DNA from: a virus
Virus record (IMG/VR): IMGVR_UViG_3300029867_000006
Location: 1-50,468 of that record
DNA: 50,468 nucleotides
Reading direction: 5' to 3' (one strand)
In this document: positions 1 through 8,940 of the stretch, in pieces
How the letters are laid out: the number at the start of each line of letters is the position of its first letter
How positions within the stretch are numbered: the stretch's first letter is position 1
Made by a program: the position numbers and the translations under genes
The notes under the pieces: model-generated
What the model saw: only the letters and a program-made list of their open reading frames with translations
The model's database searches: none
What the model was told of the DNA's origin: nothing

Positions 1-119
1 GGCATGGCACCCGGAGACGCTCGGAGAACCGCTGATTTAATTGGTGTTGGGCTGGATATGCAGCTCGGAGATATTGGACGGCGCTGGAATCCTGACGGTG
101 GGGCTACTGGCAAAATAGC
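1..119. repeat. Terminal direct repeat; 1-119 is identical to 50350-50468 (circularly closed or terminally redundant genome, unit 50349 bp)
   Basis: Base-by-base comparison of both window ends. The ORF starting at 49027 reads through the repeat into 1..1149 without a frame change. Confidence 0.9.
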
Positions 120-1149
120 AAAAATGGAGCAACTGTTCTGGAAGCTTAATCTTCTAGGCGGCTGGTCTGATGCGAATAAGCGGGCAACAGGCCTTATGAT
201 GGCGCGCGACTTGGCTATGGATGCGGATAAGGCTTATAAAGACCTGCCACAGGCGCGGCTATTAGCTCAGTACGGCATTGATGAGAAGGCTTGGAATATT
301 GCCCGTCAAGCTGTGAAAGAGGCTGAGGATGGGCGAGAATATCTAACCCCTGATGCAATTCAAGATTTACCTGATAGCCTATTTGGGTCTGGACGTGTGG
401 CGCGCAAAGGCAAAGACGATCTAGAAACTAATCTACGTGCATATATTGTAGATAGAGCTGACTTTGCAGTGCCGACCCCCGGCGCAAGAGAGCGCGCTAT
501 TCTATTGCAAGGGACGCAACCAGGCACCGTTACCGGGGAAGCTATTCGGTTTATGGCTCAATTCAAGGCCTTTCCTGTTACGTCTCTCACGAAAGTTATA
601 GGCCGGGAGGTTTATGGGCACGGGGCAACCAATCTAACTGAGGCTTTATTTAAAGGCAAAGGCGATATGATTGGCCTTGCTCATATGGTCCTTGCAACTA
701 CAGCGCTTGGTTATCTCGCTATGAGTGCAAAAGACATATCTAAAGGTAGAACGCCGCGCGATCCAATGGACAAGAAAACGTGGGTAGCTGCGATGCTGCA
801 AGGTGGCGGGCTTGGTCTTTATGGTGACTTCCTGTTTGGGGAGTTTAATCGGTTTGGCGGCGGGCTTATTCCAAGCGCTGCTGGCCCTACGGCTGGTGCA
901 ATTGAAGATTTTGCAGGTGTTTGGGCTGCGTTACGGGATGGCAAGGATTTCTACTCCAAGCTATTGCGGGCTGGCAAGTCTAACGCCCCATTCCTCAACC
1001 TATTTTATACCAAGGCGGCTCTGGATTATCTGATAGTATATCAGGCTCAAGAGATGATGAACCCCGGCTATTTGCGGCGTATGGAGCGGCGAGTACGTAA
1101 GGGGAACAATCAGGAGTTTTGGTTGCCACCAAGTCAGGCTGTGAGGTAA
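1..1149 (+). CDS. C-terminal part of a large (about 823 aa) internal virion / ejection-type protein; same gene as 49027..50468
   Basis: Frame 1 is open from base 1 to TAA 1147-1149 and continuous with 49027.. across the repeat. Last of three large proteins after the tail genes. Function assigned by position only. Confidence 0.6.
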   Translation, partial: GMAPGDARRTADLIGVGLDMQLGDIGRRWNPDGGATGKIAKMEQLFWKLNLLGGWSDANKRATGLMMARDLAMDADKAYKDLPQARLLAQYGIDEKAWNIARQAVKEAEDGREYLTPDAIQDLPDSLFGSGRVARKGKDDLETNLRAYIVDRADFAVPTPGARERAILLQGTQPGTVTGEAIRFMAQFKAFPVTSLTKVIGREVYGHGATNLTEALFKGKGDMIGLAHMVLATTALGYLAMSAKDISKGRTPRDPMDKKTWVAAMLQGGGLGLYGDFLFGEFNRFGGGLIPSAAGPTAGAIEDFAGVWAALRDGKDFYSKLLRAGKSNAPFLNLFYTKAALDYLIVYQAQEMMNPGYLRRMERRVRKGNNQEFWLPPSQAVR

Positions 1150-1185
1150 GATATGGCTAATAAGTTTTACTCAGGAGATGTGTAG

Positions 1186-2118
1186 ATGGCTACGCAAACA
1201 GACGTTCTAGGCGGTGTAACGGGTGACTTGGCGATGAAAACGCCAGTTGATGCGGCCACGACGGCTAATATCACCTTATCTGGCGAGCAAACCCTTGATG
1301 GTATTGCGCTGGTTGCGGGTGATCGGGCTTTGGTTCAAGACCAAACGGCGGCGGAAGACAACGGTATTTATACGGTCTCTGCTGGCGATTGGGTCCGTGC
1401 TCCTGATTGGAACGGTGCTAGGGATGTTGTAGCTGGCACCTCGGTTCTAGTTAATCAAGGATCGGTTGGCGAGGGTAGGCTCTATAGGGTTTCCACCACA
1501 GGCGATATTACGATTGGTGTTACAGAGGTTGTTATTGAATCTGTACCGTTTGGCTCTGATGGTGCTACTGGCCTAACGGGCGCTACTGGTCCTCAAGGCT
1601 CCACAGGCGTTGCTGGCCCCACAGGACCTGCTGGTGCGAGTGGTACGGTAGGCGCTACTTGGACCGCCATACTAGCAGAGACAAGTCTCTCGGGCCTTCA
1701 CTCATATGATGTTACGGGCTTTGGCTCCTATGAAGAGCTGATGCTTATCATGAAGATTGATAGCCCTGAAAACGATTTACACCCTCGGATTACATACAGC
1801 GACGATGATGGGGTTTCATTTGAAACGGTTGGTTATCATCACGGCATTAACACAGCGGCAACATATATTCCAATTAGCCCGCGAAACGAGTTTGATAGCG
1901 CCGGGACTGTGTTGGCGGTGGTATCAATCATCCGGCTAGGCAAGATAATGAGCTTAATGTGCATTGGTGGTGATCATGGCGACGGTTCCTCAACTAGCAA
2001 TAGCGGTATTTTTGACAATGGGAACGATGTTGATGCGCTCCGTCTTGCGTTGTTTAACTTTAACGATGTCGCAAAGAATTTCGATACAAACACAACCCTC
2101 GAAGTTTATGGGAGATAA
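1186..2118 (+). CDS. Tail fiber protein with collagen-like Gly-X-Y repeat segment
   Basis: 310-aa ORF with GGAG RBS. Central run GATGLTGATGPQGSTGVAGPTGPAGASGTVGA (about 10 GXY triplets). N-terminal TTANITLSG..LDG..GDR..VQDQ...NGIY motif common in phage fibers (from memory). Confidence 0.7.
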   Translation: MATQTDVLGGVTGDLAMKTPVDAATTANITLSGEQTLDGIALVAGDRALVQDQTAAEDNGIYTVSAGDWVRAPDWNGARDVVAGTSVLVNQGSVGEGRLYRVSTTGDITIGVTEVVIESVPFGSDGATGLTGATGPQGSTGVAGPTGPAGASGTVGATWTAILAETSLSGLHSYDVTGFGSYEELMLIMKIDSPENDLHPRITYSDDDGVSFETVGYHHGINTAATYIPISPRNEFDSAGTVLAVVSIIRLGKIMSLMCIGGDHGDGSSTSNSGIFDNGNDVDALRLALFNFNDVAKNFDTNTTLEVYGR

Positions 2119-2121
2119 TTC

Positions 2122-3840
2122 ATGAGCGTGCTAAGATCTCCACTAATAAATCCATTGCGATCGCCGTTATATTCCCCGCTATTGTCGAGCGTTGCGTGGT
2201 GGGGTAATTACAACCCATCTACAGGCTTCGCGTATGACTTTAAGCTCAATCGGTACATGAGCCAAGGGAAGTCTACGGGTATTACTCAGGTTGTTACTGA
2301 GGGCCGCTCAACAGACGCCTATGTCTTGGATGGTGGTGGTAATTACATCCTACGCTATGGGCCGCGCACTAACCTGTGTCTGAATAAGGACTTCACCGCC
2401 TTATCTGCGGATATTAATACCACTGTAACACATATGCCCCTTGAGCCCGGTATGGACGGCTCCCTTGGTAATGTGTACCGCATTCAATTCCCGGCAACCA
2501 CAGATACTAAACTCGTTCTCGCGAATGTCACATCTGCTAGCCCGCACACTGTGTCCCTAAACGCCAAGAAGTTCGATCCAAGTAATACACAGTTCGGGTT
2601 GTTCACCACAGGCGGCTCCCCTGATACGGCTAATTTTGTAGCAACCGATGATTGGGTTCGGGTTGCATTCTTCCCAACTAGCGTCAGTGGTGATATATTC
2701 CTACTCAACGTAGGTGATGCGTACATCACTGATATTCTAGTTGAGAAGCCACAGGTTGAACTAGGCGACACCGCAACCCCTTACATCGAGACAACCGGAA
2801 CAGCCGTAACAGTCCCCGCCGAACCCGCTCAAGCTAACGGGCATGGGCTTGATGGGTTTGATGTGAGCGTCAATCTATTTCTAAATCCAACACTACAAGG
2901 CCTGACAAGCTGGATTGCTGGCGGTGACGGTCCATGGGATATAACGGCTAACGCGGGGCTTGATCCTACGGGTGCTCAGGTCGCTTCGGTGCTGGAAAAT
3001 CAGAACTCGTTCAATTTTGGGAGCTTTCTTTATCAAGGTGTTGCGATTGTCAATACAGAGATGACGATCTCCCTGTGGGCATATGCAGATGAAGAAGTTG
3101 CGGCGGATTTGCGGTTGAATGATAACGAGAATACTCTCAACATCACTATTGGCACGGAAATGCAGCGGTTTGATCACACGGGCACAATTGGTCCTGCGTT
3201 ACTTGGAGGCACCGGGCGGTGTGGTTTTGCAAACAGAGAGGATTGGGCTGGCAAAGGCGTCGTTATCGCTTGGGTGCAAATCACAGTAGGAGGACCTGCG
3301 CCATTCTCTATCGGCACAAGAGACGCAGACGATACCCGTGTAGCGCAAGGCGATGACGGTGGTTCTCCCACCATAGCCCCCGGCTTCACAGCTAACCCTG
3401 ATGAATTAACCTTCAGAGTTGATTGGGATGGGGTGGCTGTGGGAACTGGGGCTTTCCGGTATCTGTTTGAGGTCAAAAATTCATCCAACAAACGGGTTGC
3501 CTTCATTATCCGTGGGGACAACAACAATTTAGTTTTTGGCGGGGATCAAACCGGTTCATTCCAAAACATCACCGCAGGGACTGGGCCTGATGATGGCGGG
3601 CCGCATACAGCGGTTTGTTACGTAAACCGGACTACCAATGAGTTTAAAATGTCGGTTGATGGTGCAACTACCATCTCAGGTACGTTGACCGGGGCCGTCC
3701 CCTCAAACTTAGATGAGATGGCAATTAACCGTCGAGCAACTGGTGGACCCGAAAACGCCAACGGCACTAACTGTCGTATACAAGTATCAGAAGGTGATTT
3801 CTACGACGCGTTCAGGGATTCGAGTGCAGGTTTTTTTTAA
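2122..3840 (+). CDS. Tail fiber / receptor-binding protein, possible C-terminal LamG-type lectin fold
   Basis: 572-aa ORF starting 4 nt after the previous stop, with beta-rich Gly/Thr/Asn composition. The C-terminal segment (VAFIIRGDNNNLVFGG..TAVCYVNRTTNEFKMSVDG) resembles LamG jelly-rolls. Lies in the fiber cluster. Confidence 0.55.
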   Translation: MSVLRSPLINPLRSPLYSPLLSSVAWWGNYNPSTGFAYDFKLNRYMSQGKSTGITQVVTEGRSTDAYVLDGGGNYILRYGPRTNLCLNKDFTALSADINTTVTHMPLEPGMDGSLGNVYRIQFPATTDTKLVLANVTSASPHTVSLNAKKFDPSNTQFGLFTTGGSPDTANFVATDDWVRVAFFPTSVSGDIFLLNVGDAYITDILVEKPQVELGDTATPYIETTGTAVTVPAEPAQANGHGLDGFDVSVNLFLNPTLQGLTSWIAGGDGPWDITANAGLDPTGAQVASVLENQNSFNFGSFLYQGVAIVNTEMTISLWAYADEEVAADLRLNDNENTLNITIGTEMQRFDHTGTIGPALLGGTGRCGFANREDWAGKGVVIAWVQITVGGPAPFSIGTRDADDTRVAQGDDGGSPTIAPGFTANPDELTFRVDWDGVAVGTGAFRYLFEVKNSSNKRVAFIIRGDNNNLVFGGDQTGSFQNITAGTGPDDGGPHTAVCYVNRTTNEFKMSVDGATTISGTLTGAVPSNLDEMAINRRATGGPENANGTNCRIQVSEGDFYDAFRDSSAGFF

Positions 3841-3908
3841 TTAACACATCCGGTGACATGCTAGATTTAGATACTGGTGGCACCGATCAATTGCTTTGGA
3901 GTAATTAG

Positions 3909-5657
3909 ATGGCTAACTTAACCATAACAGGCCTTCCAACAGTCACAGACGCAGATGGGTTTGACTTCATTGGCGCAGACCCATCTGACCAAGTCGCTAA
4001 AAATATGACGGGCCAGACGCTCTCCAAAGCAATTACGCCTGTAAAGCTGATTTACACGGCCTCTAATTTGACGGACTTGGCAACGGCTAACGTGATTACG
4101 ATCTCAGTACCAACCACGATCATATTTAGGGCGGCTGTTGCTTCCACAGTTCAATTTGTAATTGAGTCTGGTGGCGCTTTATTTATTGGGACTGAGGGCG
4201 TTAATGGATCGTATGCTTGGGGTGGCACTGGAACGCTGTTTAGCGGCTCTGGGTTTCTCATTGTTGGCAGCTTGTTTGCACTAACGTCAACGTCCACGGG
4301 CACCCTGTTTGACATGACCCTTGCTTCATTTGCCAGCATACAGCTTGGCGCATCTAGATTTGATGGGTTTGACGCGTTGGGCGAAGTTAATGGTCGCACA
4401 ATCACAATGCAGACCACCTTTTTCACAAATTGGGGCACAGGCCTAACGCTTAAAAATATGTCTCGGGTGAACTGCGAGGCGGTAACTAGTGTGCTTGGCT
4501 CAACAACTGAGACATTCTTAAAGATCGTATATGACAAAGACGTGGTTTCTTTGATTGAGCCAAAGATAACGCTTGCAAATAACGTATTTGGGCTACTTGG
4601 CACAAGTCACGCTTTGAGAATTGATCCTGATATTAACGACACCGTGAATGTTTCCATTGTTAACGGCAAGGTTTCTGGTGGTGGCGGGTTGTATGATACA
4701 GCGGGCACCACTGGCACATTCACAGCGGTAGCAGACGCCACAGTTTCAGCAACGGCAATCACGTCTGTGACTGATAGCAGCGGCACCGCGCGGTTTAACT
4801 TCTCGGTCGGCCCCACTCTGTTTGTAGGTCAACGGGCCGTGATTTCCACATTCACCACCAACACTGCTTACAATGCAACGGGTATCGTTACCGCAACCGG
4901 GGCAGGTTATTTTGAGATTGCAGACATTGTGTTTGGGTCTGATGAAACGGGCTCATTCCTCTCTAACTCTGTCACAGTCACAGACACAGCAACCACGCTA
5001 AGCAATGGCGATACACTCACATTAGACACAACCAGCGCTACTGATTACGATGGCGGCTCTGTGGTTTACAATAAGCAGACCAATACATTCCAAGTGAATA
5101 TGGCCTATACAGCGACCAAAGCAGGCACATGGAACACGGGTGGCATTAACCAAAAAGACCCTCGCGTTGTAGCTGTGGAGCAAAGAGAACTGCCTGATAG
5201 CCGCTATATCGCTACGGCCTTTGTGAATAATAACGCCACAGCTACAGGCGCGATTGTTAACAACACATTCACGGATATGGTATTCGGCACAGCGGGCAGC
5301 GCCCTAGTCGCAGGCTCCACTATGGAACGCTGGAAACTTATCGATGACGTTAAAGGTATCTTTGAATATACTGGCACCGAGCCATTTGCCGGATTTATCA
5401 CGTTTGACTACACGGTCACAAGCTCAGGCGGTGCTGTGGAGTTTAGATTCCGCTGGCAAATCGACACAGGGAGCGGTTTTGGTGACTTACCAGATCCCGT
5501 TGAAAGCCTTGTAGAGATTGGCAGCGATGCTGGCTCTGTAACTAAGGCATATCCTCTATTGGCTGTAAGGGGCAATCAAATCAAACCTGAGATTACACGC
5601 AATAGTGGGTCTAGTGGAATCACCACATCCTACGCAACCATTTATGTTGAGCAATAG
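3909..5657 (+). CDS. Tail fiber / tailspike-like structural protein
   Basis: 582-aa ORF with GGAG RBS (ttggagtaattagATG). Thr/Ser/Gly/Val-rich. Third large ORF of the fiber cluster. Confidence 0.5.
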   Translation: MANLTITGLPTVTDADGFDFIGADPSDQVAKNMTGQTLSKAITPVKLIYTASNLTDLATANVITISVPTTIIFRAAVASTVQFVIESGGALFIGTEGVNGSYAWGGTGTLFSGSGFLIVGSLFALTSTSTGTLFDMTLASFASIQLGASRFDGFDALGEVNGRTITMQTTFFTNWGTGLTLKNMSRVNCEAVTSVLGSTTETFLKIVYDKDVVSLIEPKITLANNVFGLLGTSHALRIDPDINDTVNVSIVNGKVSGGGGLYDTAGTTGTFTAVADATVSATAITSVTDSSGTARFNFSVGPTLFVGQRAVISTFTTNTAYNATGIVTATGAGYFEIADIVFGSDETGSFLSNSVTVTDTATTLSNGDTLTLDTTSATDYDGGSVVYNKQTNTFQVNMAYTATKAGTWNTGGINQKDPRVVAVEQRELPDSRYIATAFVNNNATATGAIVNNTFTDMVFGTAGSALVAGSTMERWKLIDDVKGIFEYTGTEPFAGFITFDYTVTSSGGAVEFRFRWQIDTGSGFGDLPDPVESLVEIGSDAGSVTKAYPLLAVRGNQIKPEITRNSGSSGITTSYATIYVEQ

Positions 5658-5664
5658 GGGTTAT

Positions 5665-6108
5665 ATGGTTGACGTTAAGATAAGTCGGTTTCGATATGGC
5701 GAAAACTCAACACAAGGATTGATCTTTGTGGATGGGAAATTCGCTGGCTGTACGCTTGAGAACCCAGATAAGGGCAATCAACCATCAATCTCATGTATTC
5801 CCACGGGTGTTTACCGCCTTGGGCTGAGGACGGTTGGCGGCTGGAACCAAAGAGCTACAGAACATTCCAAGATTGGGCCAGCTCACAAGGGCATGATTGA
5901 GATCCAAGACGTGCCGGGCCGGACATTCATTCTAATGCACTGGGGTAACGAACCAAAGAACACTGAGGGCTGTGTATTGATTGGCACAAGCTACCGCCCT
6001 GATTATATTGGCAGCTCTGTTGACGCATATATGAGCTTCTATGACCGTATTATTAGACGCTTGGTTAACGACGAAACCACCATGTTAAGAATTGAGGATA
6101 TATCGTGA
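5665..6108 (+). CDS. Putative endolysin, DUF5675-like (YkuD-like H.GN....T.GC signature)
   Basis: 147 aa from ATG 5665 (GGGG RBS); the longer track ORF from 5605 overlaps the fiber gene. Motifs STQGLIFVDGKFAGCTLE, IPTGVYRL, FILMHWGNEPKNTEGCVLIG. Lies directly upstream of holin and spanins. Confidence 0.6.
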   Translation: MVDVKISRFRYGENSTQGLIFVDGKFAGCTLENPDKGNQPSISCIPTGVYRLGLRTVGGWNQRATEHSKIGPAHKGMIEIQDVPGRTFILMHWGNEPKNTEGCVLIGTSYRPDYIGSSVDAYMSFYDRIIRRLVNDETTMLRIEDIS

Positions 6109-6338
6109 CACAGAAGAAAATAACACCAGAGCCTGATGTTGATAATTGGAAGATCCGGCGCAGGCTGGTTTATATCTCATTGAGTGCGTGTGGGCTGTTC
6201 ATCACGATGGGCGCTCTAAACACCGCGCTTGATTCATCGGTTGCAAATACACTCATAACACAATCGTTTATGGTTGGCGGCGCGGTCCTAATGGGCTATA
6301 TGGGCTTTGCAACGTGGGAAGATAAGGCCAAGAAATGA
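6105..6338 (+). CDS. Holin (class II-like, two TM helices)
   Basis: 77 aa. GTG start overlaps the previous stop (GTGA). TM segments LVYISLSACGLFITMGAL and FMVGGAVLMGYMGFATW. Charged C-terminus EDKAKK. Confidence 0.55.
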   Translation: MTQKKITPEPDVDNWKIRRRLVYISLSACGLFITMGALNTALDSSVANTLITQSFMVGGAVLMGYMGFATWEDKAKK

Positions 6339-6685
6339 TTGCCAAGTTTATTGCCAAGTTCGTTGCCCGCTTTATCGGGCTCAACCCCGCATTGATAGTA
6401 GCAATTGGTGTTGGCATATTCGTGGTTGGTTTGGTCGGTGGTGGTATTGCAGTCCATAAGCTTTACCAACTCTCCCAGCTTGGCCAGCTCAAAGCCGAAT
6501 TAAGCCGCATACAAGAGCAAGCTGATGAGCGTGTACAATTGGCCCAAGACGCCGCACAACGCGCCACAGCCCGCGCTAACGAGACAAAAGCCACCATTAA
6601 AAGGATAAAAGTCTATGTTCCGTCCAACCCTGCTTGCAATCTTGGCCCTGATGCTGTCAGGCTGTTCAACGATAGACGTAAATAG
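6335..6685 (+). CDS. i-spanin (Rz-like)
   Basis: 116 aa with ATGA overlap to the holin gene. N-terminal TM (ALIVAIGVGIFVVGLVGGGIAV) followed by a charged coiled-coil domain. Confidence 0.6.
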   Translation: MIAKFIAKFVARFIGLNPALIVAIGVGIFVVGLVGGGIAVHKLYQLSQLGQLKAELSRIQEQADERVQLAQDAAQRATARANETKATIKRIKVYVPSNPACNLGPDAVRLFNDRRK

Positions 6686-6857
6686 CTGCTCACCCCCTGA
6701 TTACACGATGGTCAAAGCCGCGCCCCTTGCGCAGCTTCCAGAGGGTGGGATTAGTATGCAAGAGGCTGTTGAGCAATGGCTTGAAGACACAGATCAATAT
6801 AATGGCCTCGCAGATCGACATGATACGCTGGTTACTTGGGTTATGGGGAATTGTTAA
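6615..6857 (+). CDS. o-spanin (Rz1-like outer-membrane lipoprotein)
   Basis: 80 aa. Signal peptide with lipobox LSGC (MFRPTLLAILALMLSGCS). Starts inside the 3' end of the i-spanin gene in another frame. AAAGGA RBS. Confidence 0.7.
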   Translation: MFRPTLLAILALMLSGCSTIDVNSCSPPDYTMVKAAPLAQLPEGGISMQEAVEQWLEDTDQYNGLADRHDTLVTWVMGNC

Positions 6858-7032
6858 TAACCTTGGTGGCCACACGTCCGCACATTGGGCAAGACACATC
6901 GTCGCCAATACATGGATCATCTGACCAGCCTAGCGATGTTCTCTCCGATTCTAGAAGGCCGTCACAGCCCTTTAGGCCGCATTGCTCGCCCTCTTCATAA
7001 CCTAGATCATCCATATCTCTATTCCTTTGCAT
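6841..7032 (-). CDS. Small Cys-rich (zinc-ribbon-like) hypothetical protein
   Basis: 63 aa from ATG 7032 with CGLKGC ... CPMCG pairs and no clear SD. Antisense inside the 3' UTR of the + strand lysis operon; overlaps the o-spanin 3' end by 17 nt. Confidence 0.3.
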   Translation of the reverse strand: MQRNRDMDDLGYEEGEQCGLKGCDGLLESERTSLGWSDDPCIGDDVSCPMCGRVATKVINNSP

Positions 7033-7117
7033 TGTTATAGTGTTGTGGTATAGTGGTCTGGTAAACGACAAAGTTAAAGGGCTAAGATGCTAATTAGCTC
7101 CTCAGAAAACTCTACCG

Positions 7118-7144
7118 AGTATGAATCGGTGGGTTTATAATCTA
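7118..7144 (-). promoter_or_regulatory. Promoter-like element of the CTAGA..CCCAC family
   Basis: On the minus strand: -35 TAGATT (rc of 7139-7144), 15-nt spacer containing CCCACC, -10 CATACT (rc of 7118-7123). Resembles the elements at 27814 and 28167. Confidence 0.35.
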
Positions 7145-7150
7145 GAATAT

Positions 7151-7192
7151 GGCCTCCTCCTCTGCATTTATGTACGGGGAGGTCTTTTTTTT
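7151..7192 (+). terminator. Rho-independent terminator ending the + strand late/lysis transcript
   Basis: 9-bp stem GGCCTCCTC (7151-7159) / GGGGAGGTC (7176-7184) with two G-U pairs, followed by T8 (7185-7192). Confidence 0.65.
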
Positions 7193-7481
7193 AACGTCGG
7201 CTCAATAGATCAAGAACCCGGTCAAGCTTCTCGTCAATGTTCTCTATGCGTTCGCCTTGCACAGCTTGTTCAGTCCGGATCTTCTCTAGATCGTCTCTAA
7301 CGTGGGCGTCGGTATCTTCTAGGCTTTCAACGCGCTCTTCAACCACCATAAGATCTTTAGCGCTCGCTGGACCGTCTGCTAAGCCAGTTCCGTAAACAAC
7401 CAGCACACCAGCGGCAAAGAACATCACCATATAAGCAAATGGTCCGCCTCGTTTTAATGCTTCTTCAAGAATCGCGCTCAT
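7191..7481 (-). CDS. Hypothetical membrane-anchored coiled-coil protein
   Basis: 96 aa. One TM (FAYMVMFFAAGVLVVYGTGL) then an acidic coiled coil. Last gene of the leftward block. Confidence 0.55.
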   Translation of the reverse strand: MSAILEEALKRGGPFAYMVMFFAAGVLVVYGTGLADGPASAKDLMVVEERVESLEDTDAHVRDDLEKIRTEQAVQGERIENIDEKLDRVLDLLSRR

Positions 7482-7483
7482 AC

Positions 7484-7993
7484 CTACGCCTTTTTAATCG
7501 GCGAAGGATACCATTTACGACTAACCATAGCCCAATGAGCAATACGCCCAGCCAAACTAGATTTTCCCAATGTCGTATCTGATCTCGCATCTTGCCATTT
7601 AGCCCAAACCACCACGGATATTTGACCGTAGAATAGCATAGTCAAAAGGTTTAGGTACACCGAAATATTGGGTTTAGTTTGATACACAACTATGTTGGCT
7701 AAGAATCCAATATGGCAGGCAACCATTCCAGCGAATAGCGCGGAAACCACCAACTGCCAATTGCGCAGGGTACGCCTTGTGAGGATAAAGGACACGGCGG
7801 CTAAATCAGCTAGCGCCACGGCAACAATAGGGTAATCAACTGAAAACCTAACAGCAAATAGAGAAACGGCCCACATAACCAACAGGAGCCGTGTTGTCTC
7901 TCTAATAGCGGGGTCCGGGGCACTCCAACGCCAAGCGCTTGTACCAACCAACACAATAAAGAATAGGATTGATAAGAGCGCCCCGAGATCCAT
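7484..7993 (-). CDS. Hypothetical polytopic inner-membrane protein
   Basis: 169 aa with about five hydrophobic helices, tightly packed between its neighbours. Confidence 0.6.
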   Translation of the reverse strand: MDLGALLSILFFIVLVGTSAWRWSAPDPAIRETTRLLLVMWAVSLFAVRFSVDYPIVAVALADLAAVSFILTRRTLRNWQLVVSALFAGMVACHIGFLANIVVYQTKPNISVYLNLLTMLFYGQISVVVWAKWQDARSDTTLGKSSLAGRIAHWAMVSRKWYPSPIKKA

Positions 7994-8179
7994 TTATTTA
8001 GACCCACCGGAGCGCAATTCGCCATCGGGCTCTACAGGGATTGCAACACCCAAGCTTTTAGCAAATTCCGTAAGCCCTGCATGGAAGGCAGTTAGCTCTT
8101 CACCAGCGGTTTTAACAGCAGCTTCAGCGGCAAGCAATTTAGTTTGCAGAGCAACTACTGCGGGGTCAAATTCTGACAT
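7994..8179 (-). CDS. Hypothetical protein
   Basis: 61 aa, AAGGAAA RBS, abuts the downstream gene. Confidence 0.5.
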   Translation of the reverse strand: MSEFDPAVVALQTKLLAAEAAVKTAGEELTAFHAGLTEFAKSLGVAIPVEPDGELRSGGSK

Positions 8180-8253
8180 ATCATTTCCTTATGTGGTATA
8201 ATTACCAAACCCAATATAGCTCAGGCCGGGGGTGATGTTAAGGGGTAATTACC

Positions 8254-8529
8254 CTATTCCCCAATCGTATCGGTTACAGGGACATTCATGCCAAGGGAGA
8301 TAGAGTGGTTGAGTTTGGTAGGCGGGATATCATCTCCGGCGTGAGAAGAGATTTCGCCAGTGTAAAAATCAACCTCAAGAATGTGGGAATCAATAAGACC
8401 TAAGGATTTACCGACCTCATTGGCTTCAAACTCGCAATAAAGGATGGCCTCTAGGAAATCATTATAAATTCCCTCACAAGTCCCTAACTCAACGCCAAAC
8501 AATGTGAATGTGTCTTTTTTATCGCTCAT
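8254..8529 (-). CDS. Hypothetical protein, paralog of 19555..19806
   Basis: 91 aa, GAGG RBS. About 17/52 identical residues in an ungapped alignment (G...G.CE......AN..GK..GL.D.H...V.F..G). Confidence 0.55.
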   Translation of the reverse strand: MSDKKDTFTLFGVELGTCEGIYNDFLEAILYCEFEANEVGKSLGLIDSHILEVDFYTGEISSHAGDDIPPTKLNHSISLGMNVPVTDTIGE

Positions 8530-8538
8530 ATTAATACC

Positions 8539-8940
8539 TCAATTAGATGTTTCATCTGCAACGGCTTCTTTTTGCTCATCGGTTAACTGGTTCCATGCTG
8601 TTATAATAGCCTCCTCGGACGGAAACAAACCCCAACCCCTATTAACACCCGTCACCGGGGAATCTAAGAACAGATCCTTACCAACCACATTACGAGCATG
8701 ATACCAAACATTAGTAGGCATCCCACCAATAACCTTACACTCAGCCTTTGCCCGTCGGTCCCATCGCCCTTGGGTGGCCATATCCTCAACCATATTCTGG
8801 AACCGCTCAAGATATTCACCGGGAATGGTGCAGTAAGGCCGTATCCAGTTATCATCCTTTTGCTTTGCAAGGTATCGGGCTTGTTGGATGTTCTGCACAC
8901 CCTGCGGTTTTGGCTTGCGCACTCGTTTAACCTTAGTCAT
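8539..8940 (-). CDS. Hypothetical protein
   Basis: 133 aa from ATG 8940 (MTKVKR..). 8-nt ATGACTAA overlap with the upstream gene. Confidence 0.55.
   Translation of the reverse strand: MTKVKRVRKPKPQGVQNIQQARYLAKQKDDNWIRPYCTIPGEYLERFQNMVEDMATQGRWDRRAKAECKVIGGMPTNVWYHARNVVGKDLFLDSPVTGVNRGWGLFPSEEAIITAWNQLTDEQKEAVADETSN

Noticed and set aside
1-119. Interpreting the 119-bp terminal repeat as a biologically defined direct terminal repeat
   Set aside because: It cannot be distinguished from an assembly overlap of a circularly permuted genome using sequence alone. The repeat falls inside a coding region with no obvious terminus signal.
1186-5657. Possibility of a diversity-generating retroelement acting on the fiber genes
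   Set aside because: There is no reverse transcriptase ORF anywhere in the genome, and I could not see a template/variable repeat pair.
7063-7138. A 76-nt segment with a 5-bp stem and 7-nt loop (ACCGA-GTATGAA-TCGGT), flanked by partially complementary ends and of tRNA length
   Set aside because: The acceptor pairing is only 5 of 7 bp. No anticodon arm can be drawn, because GCTAATTAGC is a palindrome with no loop. The T-loop sequence is non-canonical. It is not a tRNA.
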